The notes: generated from the letters alone by a model not told the origin. Numbered from the stretch's first letter, positions 1-9,993 are shown. The stretch is 24,888 bases of DNA from Gammaproteobacteria bacterium (GCA_031421475.1 JANOOU010000068.1:1-24888); one strand, 5' to 3'. Numbers and translations: made by a program.

Positions 1-3000
1 GAAACCGCTGAGGCATTGCCTGAGATTATCAATGCCGATGAGTACCTGAACGGTGACAATGACTGGTCGTTCACTAATAACTCAGCTGAATTACTCAGTG
101 GCTACTACAGTTACGACTGGTATGAAACCAGCGATGCCTGCAGCAATAGTTATTTCCATTATTCCGGCAAGGCGCTGGCATCACGCAATTTTGTGTCTGC
201 CAATATCGGGCTCATCGCCAAGGCAGGTCGCGATGGAAAATTACATATCGCCACCACCAATATTCAAACTGGCGAACCACTGTCTGATACAAAAGTTGAA
301 CTGTATTCGTTACAGGGCCAAAAAATTCTGGATGTTGAAACCAACAACGAAGGCCGGGTGACAGTTTCGCCGCCAGTTAAACCGCTGTTACTGATTGCCA
401 GCCAGGGCAAACAACGTGGCTATTTACGTTTGTCTGATACCACCGCGCTGGCCACCAGCCATTTTGATGTATCCGGTGAATCCAGCCAGCAAGGTGTGAA
501 GGGCATGATTTATGGTGAACGCGATGTATGGCGTCCCGGCGATACCTTGTATTTAACGTTTGTACTACAGGATTTACTCCAGGCCATTCCGGATGATCAC
601 CCGGCGACGATTGAATTATTTAATCCGAAACAACAAAAAATATATAACCAGACCCAGATTACACCATTAAATGGTTTTTATAAATTTGCCATCAACACCA
701 GTGAAAAAGATTTAACCGGCGATTGGAATGCAATAGTCCATCTCGGCAATCGCCGCTTCGAACGCCGCTTAAAAATTGAAACCATTATGCCGAATCGCCT
801 GAAAATGGAATTGAAAGCCGATGGCGATTTTTTAAGCACACAAGCTGACAGTCAACTCAATTTATTCAGCCAGTGGTTGCACGGTGCCAAAGCCAATGGC
901 TTGCGCGCCGAAGTACGCGCTAAGTTACGTAAAACCACCACGCAATTTAAACAATATGACAAATTTATATTTGATGACCCGGCACGCCAGCAATATGGCA
1001 GCACCGAAAATGTATGGTTCGATGGTGCGCTCGATGCCGAAGGCAAGGCAGCATTTTCGCCTGAAATAAGCAGTGACCAGCGCGCGCCCGGCATGATGAA
1101 AGCCGACATCACCACCCGTGTATTCGAGCCCGGCGGTGCGTTCAGCATCAGCGGCCAATCCATATTGTATTCGCCTTATTCGCGTTACATTGGCTTGCAG
1201 TTACCTGCCAAATCAGAATATGAACAGCACCCTGTCGGTAAACCCGTGAGTGTACAGATCGCTACGGTTAATGAACTGGGCAAACCGGTGAGTGCCAATC
1301 AACTGACATTGTCTTTATATCGCATTGACTGGAGCTGGTGGTGGTCGCGTGAAGACAACAATCTGGCACGTTATGACAGCGCCAATGCACCGAATCTGAT
1401 TTTGCAAAAAAATCTTTCCAGTAAAGATGGCAAGGCAACCACCGATATCACCCTTGACGAATCTTGGGCGCGTTACATGTTACGAATTTGCGATGAAGAG
1501 GCCGGACATTGCACAGGCCAGATTTTTTATTCCGGCTGGGATGAAAACACGGCTTCGCCACAATTTGCCGCCAATCTTTTAATGTTAAGCACCGATAAAC
1601 AACAGTACGCTGTCGGCGAAATCGCCAAGTTACAGTTACCCGCTGCACATAAAGGCCGCGCACTGTTGTCACTGGAAAATGGCACCGAAGTGATAGAGCA
1701 GCGCTGGATTACACTGGATGGCAAACGCAGTATTGTTGAAATACCGGTTGATGCACGCATGGCGCCCAATGTCTATGCCACCGTTACACTGATACAACCG
1801 CAAAGTGAAAAAACCAATGATCGCCCAATACGTTTATTTGGAATTGCGTCGATTTCAGTTTCGGATCCCGCAACAGAATTAAAACCGGTTTTAACTACCG
1901 CCAGTGAAGTGCGCCCCGAATCCACACTGAAAATCAAAGTCAGCGAACAAGACAAGCGCCGCATGACCTACACCCTGGCCGTGGTGGATGAAGGCTTGCT
2001 GGGTTTAACCAATTTCAAAACGCCCAAATTGCACGATACATTTTATCGGCGTGAAGCATTGGGTGTAAAAACCTGGGATATGTTTGATCAGGTGGTGGGC
2101 GCTTATGGCGCATCACTGGAAAAAATTCTGGCGCTGGGCGGATCGGATGCCGAGAACGCCGGAGCCGGTAAACGTCAGCAAAATCGATTCGTACCTGTGG
2201 TTCGATTTATCGGCCCCTTTGAACTGGGCGCAGGCAAATCAGCCGAACATGAAATTACACTACCGGCGTATCTCGGTGCGGTTCGCGTCATGCTCGTTGC
2301 CGGACAGGACGGCGCATACGGCAGTGTCGAAAAAGAAGTAAAAGTTTCACAACCACTGATGGTGCAAGCCACCTTGCCACGCGTTATTGGGCCCGGTGAA
2401 GACGTGACCATGCCCTTGTCGGTTTTTGTACTGAAGGACAACATTCGCGAAGTCACTATTCAGGCGGAAGCCAGTGACTTGTTACAACCCCTGGATACCA
2501 AACCGGTAAAACTTCAGTTCACCGGAACCGGTGACAAACTCGGCTTCATTCGATTCAAGGTGCGTGATGCGGTAGGCGAAGCCAAGGTAAAAATTATTGC
2601 CACTGCCGGTAACGAACGCATCGAACAAGTTATTAATATTTCAGTGCGTGCGCATAATGTGCCGAGCAATATTAGAGCCAGTAAATTATTACAGCCCGGC
2701 GAAAGCTGGACGACAGCATTAAAACCACATGGTTACGCTGGCACCAACCAATTGTCACTCGAAGCCAGTTTTGGTGTGGCCTTGAATATATCGGATCGTC
2801 TGGCGTATTTAATTCAGTATCCACACGGTTGCGTCGAACAGACCACCTCCGGTGCTTTCCCGCAACTTTATCTCGCCAAGTTAATGCAACTGGGTGAAAA
2901 AGAGCAGCGTGAAACACAACGCAATGTGCAGGCCGGCATCGACCGGTTACGCCAATTCCAGCTAAGCAATGGCGCGTTTGGTTACTGGCCAGGCGACAGT

Positions 3001-4185
3001 CACATCAACGATTGGTCCAATATTTATGTTGGGCATTTTTTAAGTGAAGCCAAACGGCTTGGGCACCCGGTACCGGACAGCATGTTACAAAATTGGCAAC
3101 GCTTCCAGCGCGAACGCGCCAATCAGGTTCCGCTGCAAACATCCGATGACATTATGGAGCAATCGTATCGCTTATATGTGCTCGCACTATCCGGTGCATC
3201 CGAACTGGGCGCCATGAATCGCTTGCGTGAAAAACTGCAAAATAATGTCACCGCGCGTTATATGCTGGCCGCCAGTTATCGTTTACTCGGCGTGGAAGAT
3301 GTTGCCGCCAAATTGATCGCAAATACCAAAGCGGTGGCGCCACAGTATGATTATTACGGCCGCACCTTTGGTTCCGCATTGCGGGATCAGGCGATATTGC
3401 TGGAAGCGATTAACACACTTAAAAATGATGTGCTGGCGGCCGATTTGGCTGAGTCAATTTCACAACAAATCAGCCAGGCCGATTACTGGTACAGTACGCA
3501 GGAATTAGCCTGGTCGTTAAAATCACTCAGTGGTTATGCCTTGCGCTATCACGGCCAAACCCTGCAACTGGACTGGCAGCCCAACAAAGATAAAAAACAG
3601 TCCTTGAAACAAACCGCTGCATTTTTGCGTAGCACGGCCAGCCACGCCGATGAAAACAGCCAGCACACCGTTGTCAATCGCAGCAACGCACCTTTACGCG
3701 TAACCATTTATAACAGCGGCGTTGCACCGGCAGGCAAAGAAGTGGCCGAACAAAAATCGCTGGACATGACCGTGCAGTATAAAGATCGTGATGGCCAATC
3801 GGTTACACCCGATTCCTTGCCCCAGGGCAAAGATATTCTGGCAACGGTCACCGTACGCAATACGGCCAATCGCTCCCTGGAACAACTGGCCTTAACCATG
3901 ACCATGCCCTCGGCCTGGGAAATTCTTAATGCGCGTTTATTCAGTGCTGGTGATGCCGGTGAAGAATCAGCCTACGAGTATCGCGATATACGTGATGACA
4001 GAGTGATGACCTATTTTTCACTGAATAGCGGCGAAAGCAGAACCTTTAAAATATGGCTCTCCGCCACCTATGAAGGCCGTTATTATTTACCCGGCTGGAC
4101 CGCCGAAGCCATGTACGATGCCAAACGTATAGCGCGCGAGCCCGGACGCTGGATAGAAGTGAAACGTGAAGCTGCCACACCCTGA
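1..4185 (+). CDS. yfhM: Bacterial alpha-2-macroglobulin (5'-truncated; frame open from base 1)
   Basis: 1389+ aa ORF with MG-domain motifs (YGERDVWRPGD, DEGLLGLT) and the thioester motif PHGCVEQTTS (CxEQ). The C-terminal YRDIRDDRV...WTAEAMY segment is typical of the family. It lies directly upstream of pbpC, the conserved pairing. Frame 1 reads ETAEALPE from base 1, so the true start is upstream of the window. Confidence 0.93.
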   Translation, partial: ETAEALPEIINADEYLNGDNDWSFTNNSAELLSGYYSYDWYETSDACSNSYFHYSGKALASRNFVSANIGLIAKAGRDGKLHIATTNIQTGEPLSDTKVELYSLQGQKILDVETNNEGRVTVSPPVKPLLLIASQGKQRGYLRLSDTTALATSHFDVSGESSQQGVKGMIYGERDVWRPGDTLYLTFVLQDLLQAIPDDHPATIELFNPKQQKIYNQTQITPLNGFYKFAINTSEKDLTGDWNAIVHLGNRRFERRLKIETIMPNRLKMELKADGDFLSTQADSQLNLFSQWLHGAKANGLRAEVRAKLRKTTTQFKQYDKFIFDDPARQQYGSTENVWFDGALDAEGKAAFSPEISSDQRAPGMMKADITTRVFEPGGAFSISGQSILYSPYSRYIGLQLPAKSEYEQHPVGKPVSVQIATVNELGKPVSANQLTLSLYRIDWSWWWSREDNNLARYDSANAPNLILQKNLSSKDGKATTDITLDESWARYMLRICDEEAGHCTGQIFYSGWDENTASPQFAANLLMLSTDKQQYAVGEIAKLQLPAAHKGRALLSLENGTEVIEQRWITLDGKRSIVEIPVDARMAPNVYATVTLIQPQSEKTNDRPIRLFGIASISVSDPATELKPVLTTASEVRPESTLKIKVSEQDKRRMTYTLAVVDEGLLGLTNFKTPKLHDTFYRREALGVKTWDMFDQVVGAYGASLEKILALGGSDAENAGAGKRQQNRFVPVVRFIGPFELGAGKSAEHEITLPAYLGAVRVMLVAGQDGAYGSVEKEVKVSQPLMVQATLPRVIGPGEDVTMPLSVFVLKDNIREVTIQAEASDLLQPLDTKPVKLQFTGTGDKLGFIRFKVRDAVGEAKVKIIATAGNERIEQVINISVRAHNVPSNIRASKLLQPGESWTTALKPHGYAGTNQLSLEASFGVALNISDRLAYLIQYPHGCVEQTTSGAFPQLYLAKLMQLGEKEQRETQRNVQAGIDRLRQFQLSNGAFGYWPGDSHINDWSNIYVGHFLSEAKRLGHPVPDSMLQNWQRFQRERANQVPLQTSDDIMEQSYRLYVLALSGASELGAMNRLREKLQNNVTARYMLAASYRLLGVEDVAAKLIANTKAVAPQYDYYGRTFGSALRDQAILLEAINTLKNDVLAADLAESISQQISQADYWYSTQELAWSLKSLSGYALRYHGQTLQLDWQPNKDKKQSLKQTAAFLRSTASHADENSQHTVVNRSNAPLRVTIYNSGVAPAGKEVAEQKSLDMTVQYKDRDGQSVTPDSLPQGKDILATVTVRNTANRSLEQLALTMTMPSAWEILNARLFSAGDAGEESAYEYRDIRDDRVMTYFSLNSGESRTFKIWLSATYEGRYYLPGWTAEAMYDAKRIAREPGRWIEVKREAATP

Positions 4186-4247
4186 CCTGGCAAACAACAC
4201 ATCAGCAATCCACGTCATGTCTGCAACAGCAGACATGACCTATTGAC

Positions 4248-6605
4248 ATGAGAATATTGTTTTCACGTTTCTTTGTTAAATTGAATCGAACACGCTGGAC
4301 CTATTTTTTAATAACAGCTGCAACTCTCTTCGGCGGTTTTTTATTATTACCCGTACAAATCCCGCAAGCGCCTCTGGCGACCACGGTTTTTGCACGCGAC
4401 CATCATTTGTTAGGCGCACACATTGCCAGCGATGAGCAATGGCGCATGCCGCTATCATCACCGCCACCACAAAAATTTGTTACGGCCTTGTTGCATTATG
4501 AAGACCAACGGTTTTACTGGCACCCCGGTGTTGATTTTATTGCCTTGCTGCGCGCCGCCCGATCCAATTTTAAAGCCGGAAAAATTGTGTCGGGCGCCAG
4601 CACCCTAAGTATGCAACTGGTACGTTTATCCAGAAACAATCCACCGCGCACCTTTACGGAAAAATTATTTGAAATAGTGCTGGCACTGCGCCTGGAATTT
4701 GCATTTGATAAACAAAAAATTCTGACTCTCTACGCACAATATGCGCCGTTTGGTGGCAACGTTGTCGGCATTGAAGCCGCAGCCTGGCGTTATTTTGGAC
4801 GTGCGCCCGCAGAATTATCCTGGGCCGAAGCCGCCATGCTGGCGGTTTTACCTAACAGCCCGGCACTGGTACACCCAGGGCGTGAACGCGCAACGCTGCG
4901 TAACAAACGCAATACATTACTACGCGCCTTGCATCAGGATGGATTACTGACCGCAACCGATTTGCGACTGGCCGAGCTCGAAATCTTGCCCGATCAGGTG
5001 CGGCCACTGCCTCGCTTATCTTCGCATTTAGTTCAAACATTACACCAGCGTGAACCAGGCCGCGCCTACAACACAACGCTTGATTACAGCCTGCAACAAT
5101 CCAGCGCCTTACAACTCAATATCGCCGCACAGCAACTGGCACAGGAAGGCATATTGAATACTGCGTTGCTAATTATCGATAACCGTGACCTGTCTGTTGT
5201 TGCTTATCACGGCAATAGTGAGTTACCACAAAAACAACGCGGCGAATCCGTTGACATTGTGTTTAAACCACGCAGCAGCGGCAGTATTTTAAAACCTCTG
5301 TTATATGCTTTCATGTTACAGGCCGGCGAGATCACGCCCAAAATGCTGGTGGCTGATTTGCCCACTCAAATTAACGGATACAAACCGGAAAATTTTGATC
5401 GTCAATATCGCGGTGCTGTCCCAGCCGATGAAGCCCTGGCCTTGTCATTAAATATCCCGGCGGTGCGCCTGCTCCGGCAACACGGTATTACGCGTTTTTA
5501 CCAGGAATTAAATGCCCTGGGTTTGACAACATTATTTCGCCCGGCCGATGATTATGGATTGACACTTATTTTGGGTGGCGCCGAAACAAACTTGTGGGAC
5601 ATGGCGCAGAGTTATGCACAGCTGGCGGTTATTTCAACGCAACAAAACCGCGTTCCTGCTTACACACCGCTCACACTTTTTGTTAAAAATCCCCCGACAT
5701 TAACCGCAGCAACCAAAGCTGACTTTGGCGCTGGCGCTGCCTGGTTAACATTACAAGCCATGATGGAAGTAAACCGGCCGGGTGTTGATAACTACTGGCG
5801 CGAATTTTCCGGCAGCCGCAAAGTGGCCTGGAAAACCGGCACCAGTTTTGGTTTGCGCGATGCCTGGGCAATTGCCGTTACGCCGGCTTACACCATTGCA
5901 GTGTGGGCAGGCAATGCCAGTGGTGAAGGTGTGGCTGGATTATCCGGCACACAATCGGCTGCACCACTTCTGTTTGCTGTACTCAATCAGTTGCCGGATA
6001 GCGGATGGTTTGAGGAACCCTTGCTGGATTTACATACCGTTGAAATCTGCGCCGATGATGGTTATTTATTGACTCAAGGCTGCACACCAAAGCGAATAAA
6101 GCTGCCACGCAACAGCCATTTCGCACAAATTTCAAACTGGCATAAACAACTATATTTATCAGCCAGCGGCAATTATCGTGTTCACACTGGCTGTGAATCA
6201 GAAAAAAATATGCGCCCAGCCAGCTTGCTGCAATTACCACCCGGCATGGCGCATTATTATCGTCGCTGGCATCCGCAGTATCGTGATCTGCCGCCCTGGC
6301 GCAAAGATTGCGTGATACAGGAAAATGCAAACCAGGTAATGGAGTTTTTATACCCCGAACAAGGTGCAGAAATATTTCTGCCGGTAGATATGGATGGCAA
6401 GCAGAAACCGCTGATTGCCGAAGCCGTGCACAGTGAAGCCAGCGCAAGTTTGCATTGGCACCTGGATGAGAATTATCTCGCACGCACACGTGATTTTCAT
6501 CAGCTGGCTTTTATGGCTACGCCCGGTAAACACCGGTTAACCATTGTCGATGATCGTGGCAGAAAAATAACACGCGGGTTTACGGTTATTGCCCGTGAAT
6601 ACTAA
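4248..6605 (+). CDS. pbpC: Penicillin-binding protein 1C (transglycosylase/transpeptidase)
   Basis: N-terminal TM anchor. GT51 motifs EDQRFYWHPGVD and GASTLSMQLVR. Transpeptidase motifs SILK (SxxK), SLN (SxN) and KTGT. C-terminal beta domain. Downstream of the A2M gene. Confidence 0.95.
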   Translation: MRILFSRFFVKLNRTRWTYFLITAATLFGGFLLLPVQIPQAPLATTVFARDHHLLGAHIASDEQWRMPLSSPPPQKFVTALLHYEDQRFYWHPGVDFIALLRAARSNFKAGKIVSGASTLSMQLVRLSRNNPPRTFTEKLFEIVLALRLEFAFDKQKILTLYAQYAPFGGNVVGIEAAAWRYFGRAPAELSWAEAAMLAVLPNSPALVHPGRERATLRNKRNTLLRALHQDGLLTATDLRLAELEILPDQVRPLPRLSSHLVQTLHQREPGRAYNTTLDYSLQQSSALQLNIAAQQLAQEGILNTALLIIDNRDLSVVAYHGNSELPQKQRGESVDIVFKPRSSGSILKPLLYAFMLQAGEITPKMLVADLPTQINGYKPENFDRQYRGAVPADEALALSLNIPAVRLLRQHGITRFYQELNALGLTTLFRPADDYGLTLILGGAETNLWDMAQSYAQLAVISTQQNRVPAYTPLTLFVKNPPTLTAATKADFGAGAAWLTLQAMMEVNRPGVDNYWREFSGSRKVAWKTGTSFGLRDAWAIAVTPAYTIAVWAGNASGEGVAGLSGTQSAAPLLFAVLNQLPDSGWFEEPLLDLHTVEICADDGYLLTQGCTPKRIKLPRNSHFAQISNWHKQLYLSASGNYRVHTGCESEKNMRPASLLQLPPGMAHYYRRWHPQYRDLPPWRKDCVIQENANQVMEFLYPEQGAEIFLPVDMDGKQKPLIAEAVHSEASASLHWHLDENYLARTRDFHQLAFMATPGKHRLTIVDDRGRKITRGFTVIAREY

Positions 6606-6850
6606 GCAGGATTAAAGTTGAAAAAGATTAAGGATGGGAAGCAATATTTATTTTTAATAATAATCCGTACCAAGAGAAGTATTAAAAATTATTGATTTAA
6701 GCAAAAAGTTAGATGGTTTTTTGAGTGTTATTTTTGTATGCCTGCACAATCCTATCTAGCAGCGTGTTATTTTCCTTCTGCATTTTTTAAATGTTACTCC
6801 CGAAACGCTTGAAAAGGACACACACCCATACCGGTAAGTTAAGAATATGT

Positions 6851-6949
6851 CGTCGTCCCGGCAGGGATTGCCGGGATCCAGAATCCATGGAGGGTGAGCA
6901 GCGTCACGTCCCTGTGATCTGGGTTCCGGCAATCCCTGCCGGAATGACG
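6851..6949. repeat. REP-like inverted doublet (REPIN-like)
   Basis: Two 31-bp arms (6851-6881, 6919-6949) form an imperfect inverted repeat. Each arm contains the hairpin CCGGCA-GGGAT-TGCCGG. The element is GC-rich within an AT-rich spacer. Confidence 0.8.
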
Positions 6950-7195
6950 CTGGATTTAACAATTCATTATTTTGTTTGAATGGTATTCTTTTCATCTGAC
7001 TTATTAGTATGACCAAACAATGATTGCAGCGAACTGATTTCCTTCTCCTGCTCATCGATCTTGGTGCGTAAATCGTGCTCAGTTTTTATGCTTATTAATG
7101 GGCGGATTAAAAAGCATTAGTTGCTTGCTTCAGAAGAGTAAATCAGTCCCGCTGAGCTGTATTCATATGCTCATGTCGATTTCTTCTTCATTGTA

Positions 7196-8351
7196 TTATC
7201 TGGCAACCTGTTCAGCGCGTAACGCTGTTCTTGCCAGGTGGTACAGGGTGTTGGTGAACATCGTAAATACCCAGCGGATAAAATTTATCGTGATCGCCTG
7301 GAGACTGCCCGGGTTTATACCCACCGCCGCCATCATTTTTTGCAGCAATCCTTTTACGTCACCTTCAATTTCCTTGTTCGTTTTAGCGCCCATATGCAGG
7401 TACATGGCGACGCGGTCTAAATAATCGCTGACGGTTCCTCCGGTCTCCTGGAGGCCGGTCATGGTGGTTGTCAGAATCTGCTTGAATAACCAGGCCATGC
7501 CATGGCTGATCATGGTATAGGTTTGGCTGTTGAGGACAACACCCTGAGAGCTGGTTTTTCTGAGCCAGGTTTTGGTTTCTGCATCCCAGTTTACGGTGGG
7601 TGGTTTCTGGCGCAATTGATTAAACGAGGTCGCGTGTTTAACGTTTGCAAAGTAGCTGGCACTGCTGTGTGCCCGCAACGGGTTCAATGTATGAAAATCG
7701 ATATAACAACTCTTGGTACCCTGGTCTGGCACATGAAGAAATGGCCAAACGGGAACCATGGGCACGTAATCGGAGCTGTGATAAACGCGGAAAATATTCT
7801 GCGCCTTGACGCGCAAGGTAAAATCCTGCGCAAATCCCCGGTGACCCACGCGCGGGCAGCCAAATGTGTAAAGCTTGGCTTGCATGCCTTTACGCGCGGC
7901 CCAGTCTGCCACCAGCGTCGCCACTGCGCCGCCCATGCTATGGCCCCACACAATGCACCCGCGTTGGGTTTTTCCCCGCAAAATGTTGCTGAAACAGGTT
8001 TTCAATGTCCATGGTATTGAACACTTTATTAAAACCAGAGTGGACGACCTTGCCCTTATGCACAGCTGTGCGCCCGGCATGGAGATCGGTAATCACATCC
8101 AGGAGCGAGCCCGTGCCACGAACAACAACAAGCGCGTCGCCCGCATAAATACCTTTGCCCCGGGCGATGACACCAAAGCCGGTTTCTTTCATCAGAAACG
8201 CACCGCCGGAAATACCTTTGAAACGGGACGCGGGGGAAAAATCAAATTGATCACTTAATCTAAAGAATACATCAGGCACATTCGTGCTCGACTGGATACG
8301 ATAGGATGCCACTGCGGCCGTTGCAGCGTGGCTTGGAGTGAGGTTAGCCAT
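7196..8351 (-). pseudogene. Class 3 lipase (Lipase_3 / Tle2-like), frameshifted by +1 nt
   Basis: ORF 7938..8351 (AAGGAG RBS; VVVRGT, VHSGFNKVF) ends ...VHCVGP*. ORF 7196..8080 continues with HSMGGAVATL, YTFGCPRVG, RVYHSSDYVPMVP and AHSSASYF. Removing one G from the G4 run (plus strand cccc, 7944-7947) gives a 384-aa lipase with VGHSMGG. Confidence 0.85.
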
Positions 8352-8387
8352 GGTTTTTCTCCTTGCTGAGAAGTTAAAGGTAAGTAG

Positions 8388-8876
8388 TTACCACTTGCAG
8401 ATAGTTTTTACGGGCATAAAAAGAGAAGGATCATCTTTCATCGCGGGTTCCAAATTTAATTCGCAGGTAATGGGAGGTAACTTACGGTGATTAAACTCAT
8501 CATTCAAGTCGTAACCATGTTTTGCCCCACTCCAGGCAGGATATTCTTTACCCTGGAAACGGATGAACATCGTTTGCTCTATGACTGGTTCAATCGGCAT
8601 ATACTGCCGCAGCAATGAAAAAGCAAACATCGGTGTAAAGTGAAATGCTCCCTGTGCATCGGTGGTCGTGGAATCGGTATGCAGTTTTTCATCCGGCCAC
8701 CATGCTTTGCGAATAATTTCCGCACCGGCCACGGGTTTGCCGTGGAGGGTGACCACGCCGCTCACTTCCGAATACAAACATGCTTTTGCAAAATCAAAGA
8801 ATCCCATAACGAATCCTGTTGCTGTGATGGCAAGGAGTGCTACGAAGAAGTATTTTGTTGCATAGCGTTTTTTCAT
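8388..8876 (-). CDS. DUF6795-like small beta-sandwich protein, putative lipase immunity or partner protein
   Basis: Contains the motif SGVVTLHGKPVAGAEI...TTTDAQGAFHF (carboxypeptidase-regulatory/transthyretin-like) and 3 Cys. It ends 36 bp upstream of the lipase on the same strand. An alternative start MGFFDF at 8807 has an AGGA RBS. The family name is from recall. Confidence 0.6.
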   Translation of the reverse strand: MKKRYATKYFFVALLAITATGFVMGFFDFAKACLYSEVSGVVTLHGKPVAGAEIIRKAWWPDEKLHTDSTTTDAQGAFHFTPMFAFSLLRQYMPIEPVIEQTMFIRFQGKEYPAWSGAKHGYDLNDEFNHRKLPPITCELNLEPAMKDDPSLFMPVKTICKW

Positions 8877-8992
8877 GGCAAAAAATAAAATGAATCACTG
8901 AATTCAGTCAATACTTTTGAAGCATTACCAATATTATTTGGCATGTCGTAAGACGCATTTGTTAAGCGCCCATCAACACACCACACCAGGCA

Positions 8993-9877
8993 TCAGGACG
9001 GCACACCAAAGCCGAAGGGGAAATGAAAACGTAAACCTGCCAGGGGATCATAGATTGAGGTTTGCCAGGCGTGCGCGTCGGGATTCCACCAGAACAAACT
9101 CTTTGATAAAGGCTCGGCCGAATCGGCGTGAATCTGCTGACAGGTTTGTCTCAGTGCGGTGACGGCCTGCTCATCTTTTGCATCACAAAATATTACACTG
9201 TCCGCATTCGGTACGGCGACGACAATTTCACGTAGTTTCAATTCATCTATTATTGTCTGCCATATGGAGGACATTAACAGCATGCTGGCGTCATCTGCAT
9301 ATTTTATTTCATGCGACAGTTGCCACACCGGGCCGCCAATGGAGTTCAATTTTGCATTTTGTGATTGTGCAGCGCTGAGGTTGTCGAGTGCCAGGGTGTG
9401 TAGATCTTGTTTCTTAATATGCAGTGTGTATTTTATATGTTCGTCCTTTAAATAGTGCAGTGTATTCTCCCGGTATACGGCATAACATAACCATAAGTCG
9501 CCCAAAAAAGGTTGGAACAATACCGGTTTGGTTTCATCCGTATTCAACGCATGGATAAATGCGAGGTTTTTTATAACCGGGTAAATGTTCGCTGCATCGG
9601 TTGGCCAAATGTCGTTATAACCCAGTGCTGCATTGACTTTTTTTGCAAGGTAATACAATAACTCCGCATCGCTAAAGCCTGATGCACCTGCCTGCTCTGC
9701 TTGTTTCATCAGTTCATACAAAGGAATTTTGAATGTATGGCCTTCAACCGCTTTAACGGTGAGCTCCATGTCATTAACAATCGTCACATCTGCAACTTGT
9801 GGTAATGCCAGGCAAGCTTGTTTTGCGTAGTCATGTACATACTCAAATGCCTGCTGAGGCGTCATGTTTATATTCAT
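8993..9877 (-). CDS. Hypothetical protein with DUF1444 (YtpQ-like) domain
   Basis: 294-aa ORF with the pattern IYPVIK...PFLGDLWLCYAV...LHTLALDNL...DASMLL...VVAVPNADSVIF, which resembles DUF1444. A strong promoter lies upstream. Confidence 0.6.
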   Translation of the reverse strand: MNINMTPQQAFEYVHDYAKQACLALPQVADVTIVNDMELTVKAVEGHTFKIPLYELMKQAEQAGASGFSDAELLYYLAKKVNAALGYNDIWPTDAANIYPVIKNLAFIHALNTDETKPVLFQPFLGDLWLCYAVYRENTLHYLKDEHIKYTLHIKKQDLHTLALDNLSAAQSQNAKLNSIGGPVWQLSHEIKYADDASMLLMSSIWQTIIDELKLREIVVAVPNADSVIFCDAKDEQAVTALRQTCQQIHADSAEPLSKSLFWWNPDAHAWQTSIYDPLAGLRFHFPFGFGVPS

Positions 9878-9964
9878 GTTTGTGTACCGTAGTGTTGTTT
9901 TAAAAGTACGGAACGCTCAAGCATCCCGCTTGCCGTGTTGGGTAAGACATCATCACTGTTTGAG

Positions 9965-9993
9965 ATAATACTCGGGGTGCGTATTTTTGACAA
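9965..9993 (-). promoter_or_regulatory. Sigma70-type promoter for the DUF1444-like gene
   Basis: Minus strand reads TTGTCA-N17-TATTAT (5/6 match at both -35 and -10, optimal spacer), about 90 nt upstream of the ATG at 9877. Confidence 0.6.

Noticed and set aside
2815-2850. Possible degenerate A2M thioester
   Set aside because: The motif is GCVEQ, which fits the canonical CxEQ, so it is ordinary.
6970-7190. Minus-strand peptide ...TEHDLRTKIDEQEKEISSLQSLF... downstream of the lipase
   Set aside because: It is short, has an upstream in-frame stop and no start codon. It could be a gene remnant, but I cannot support that without a search.
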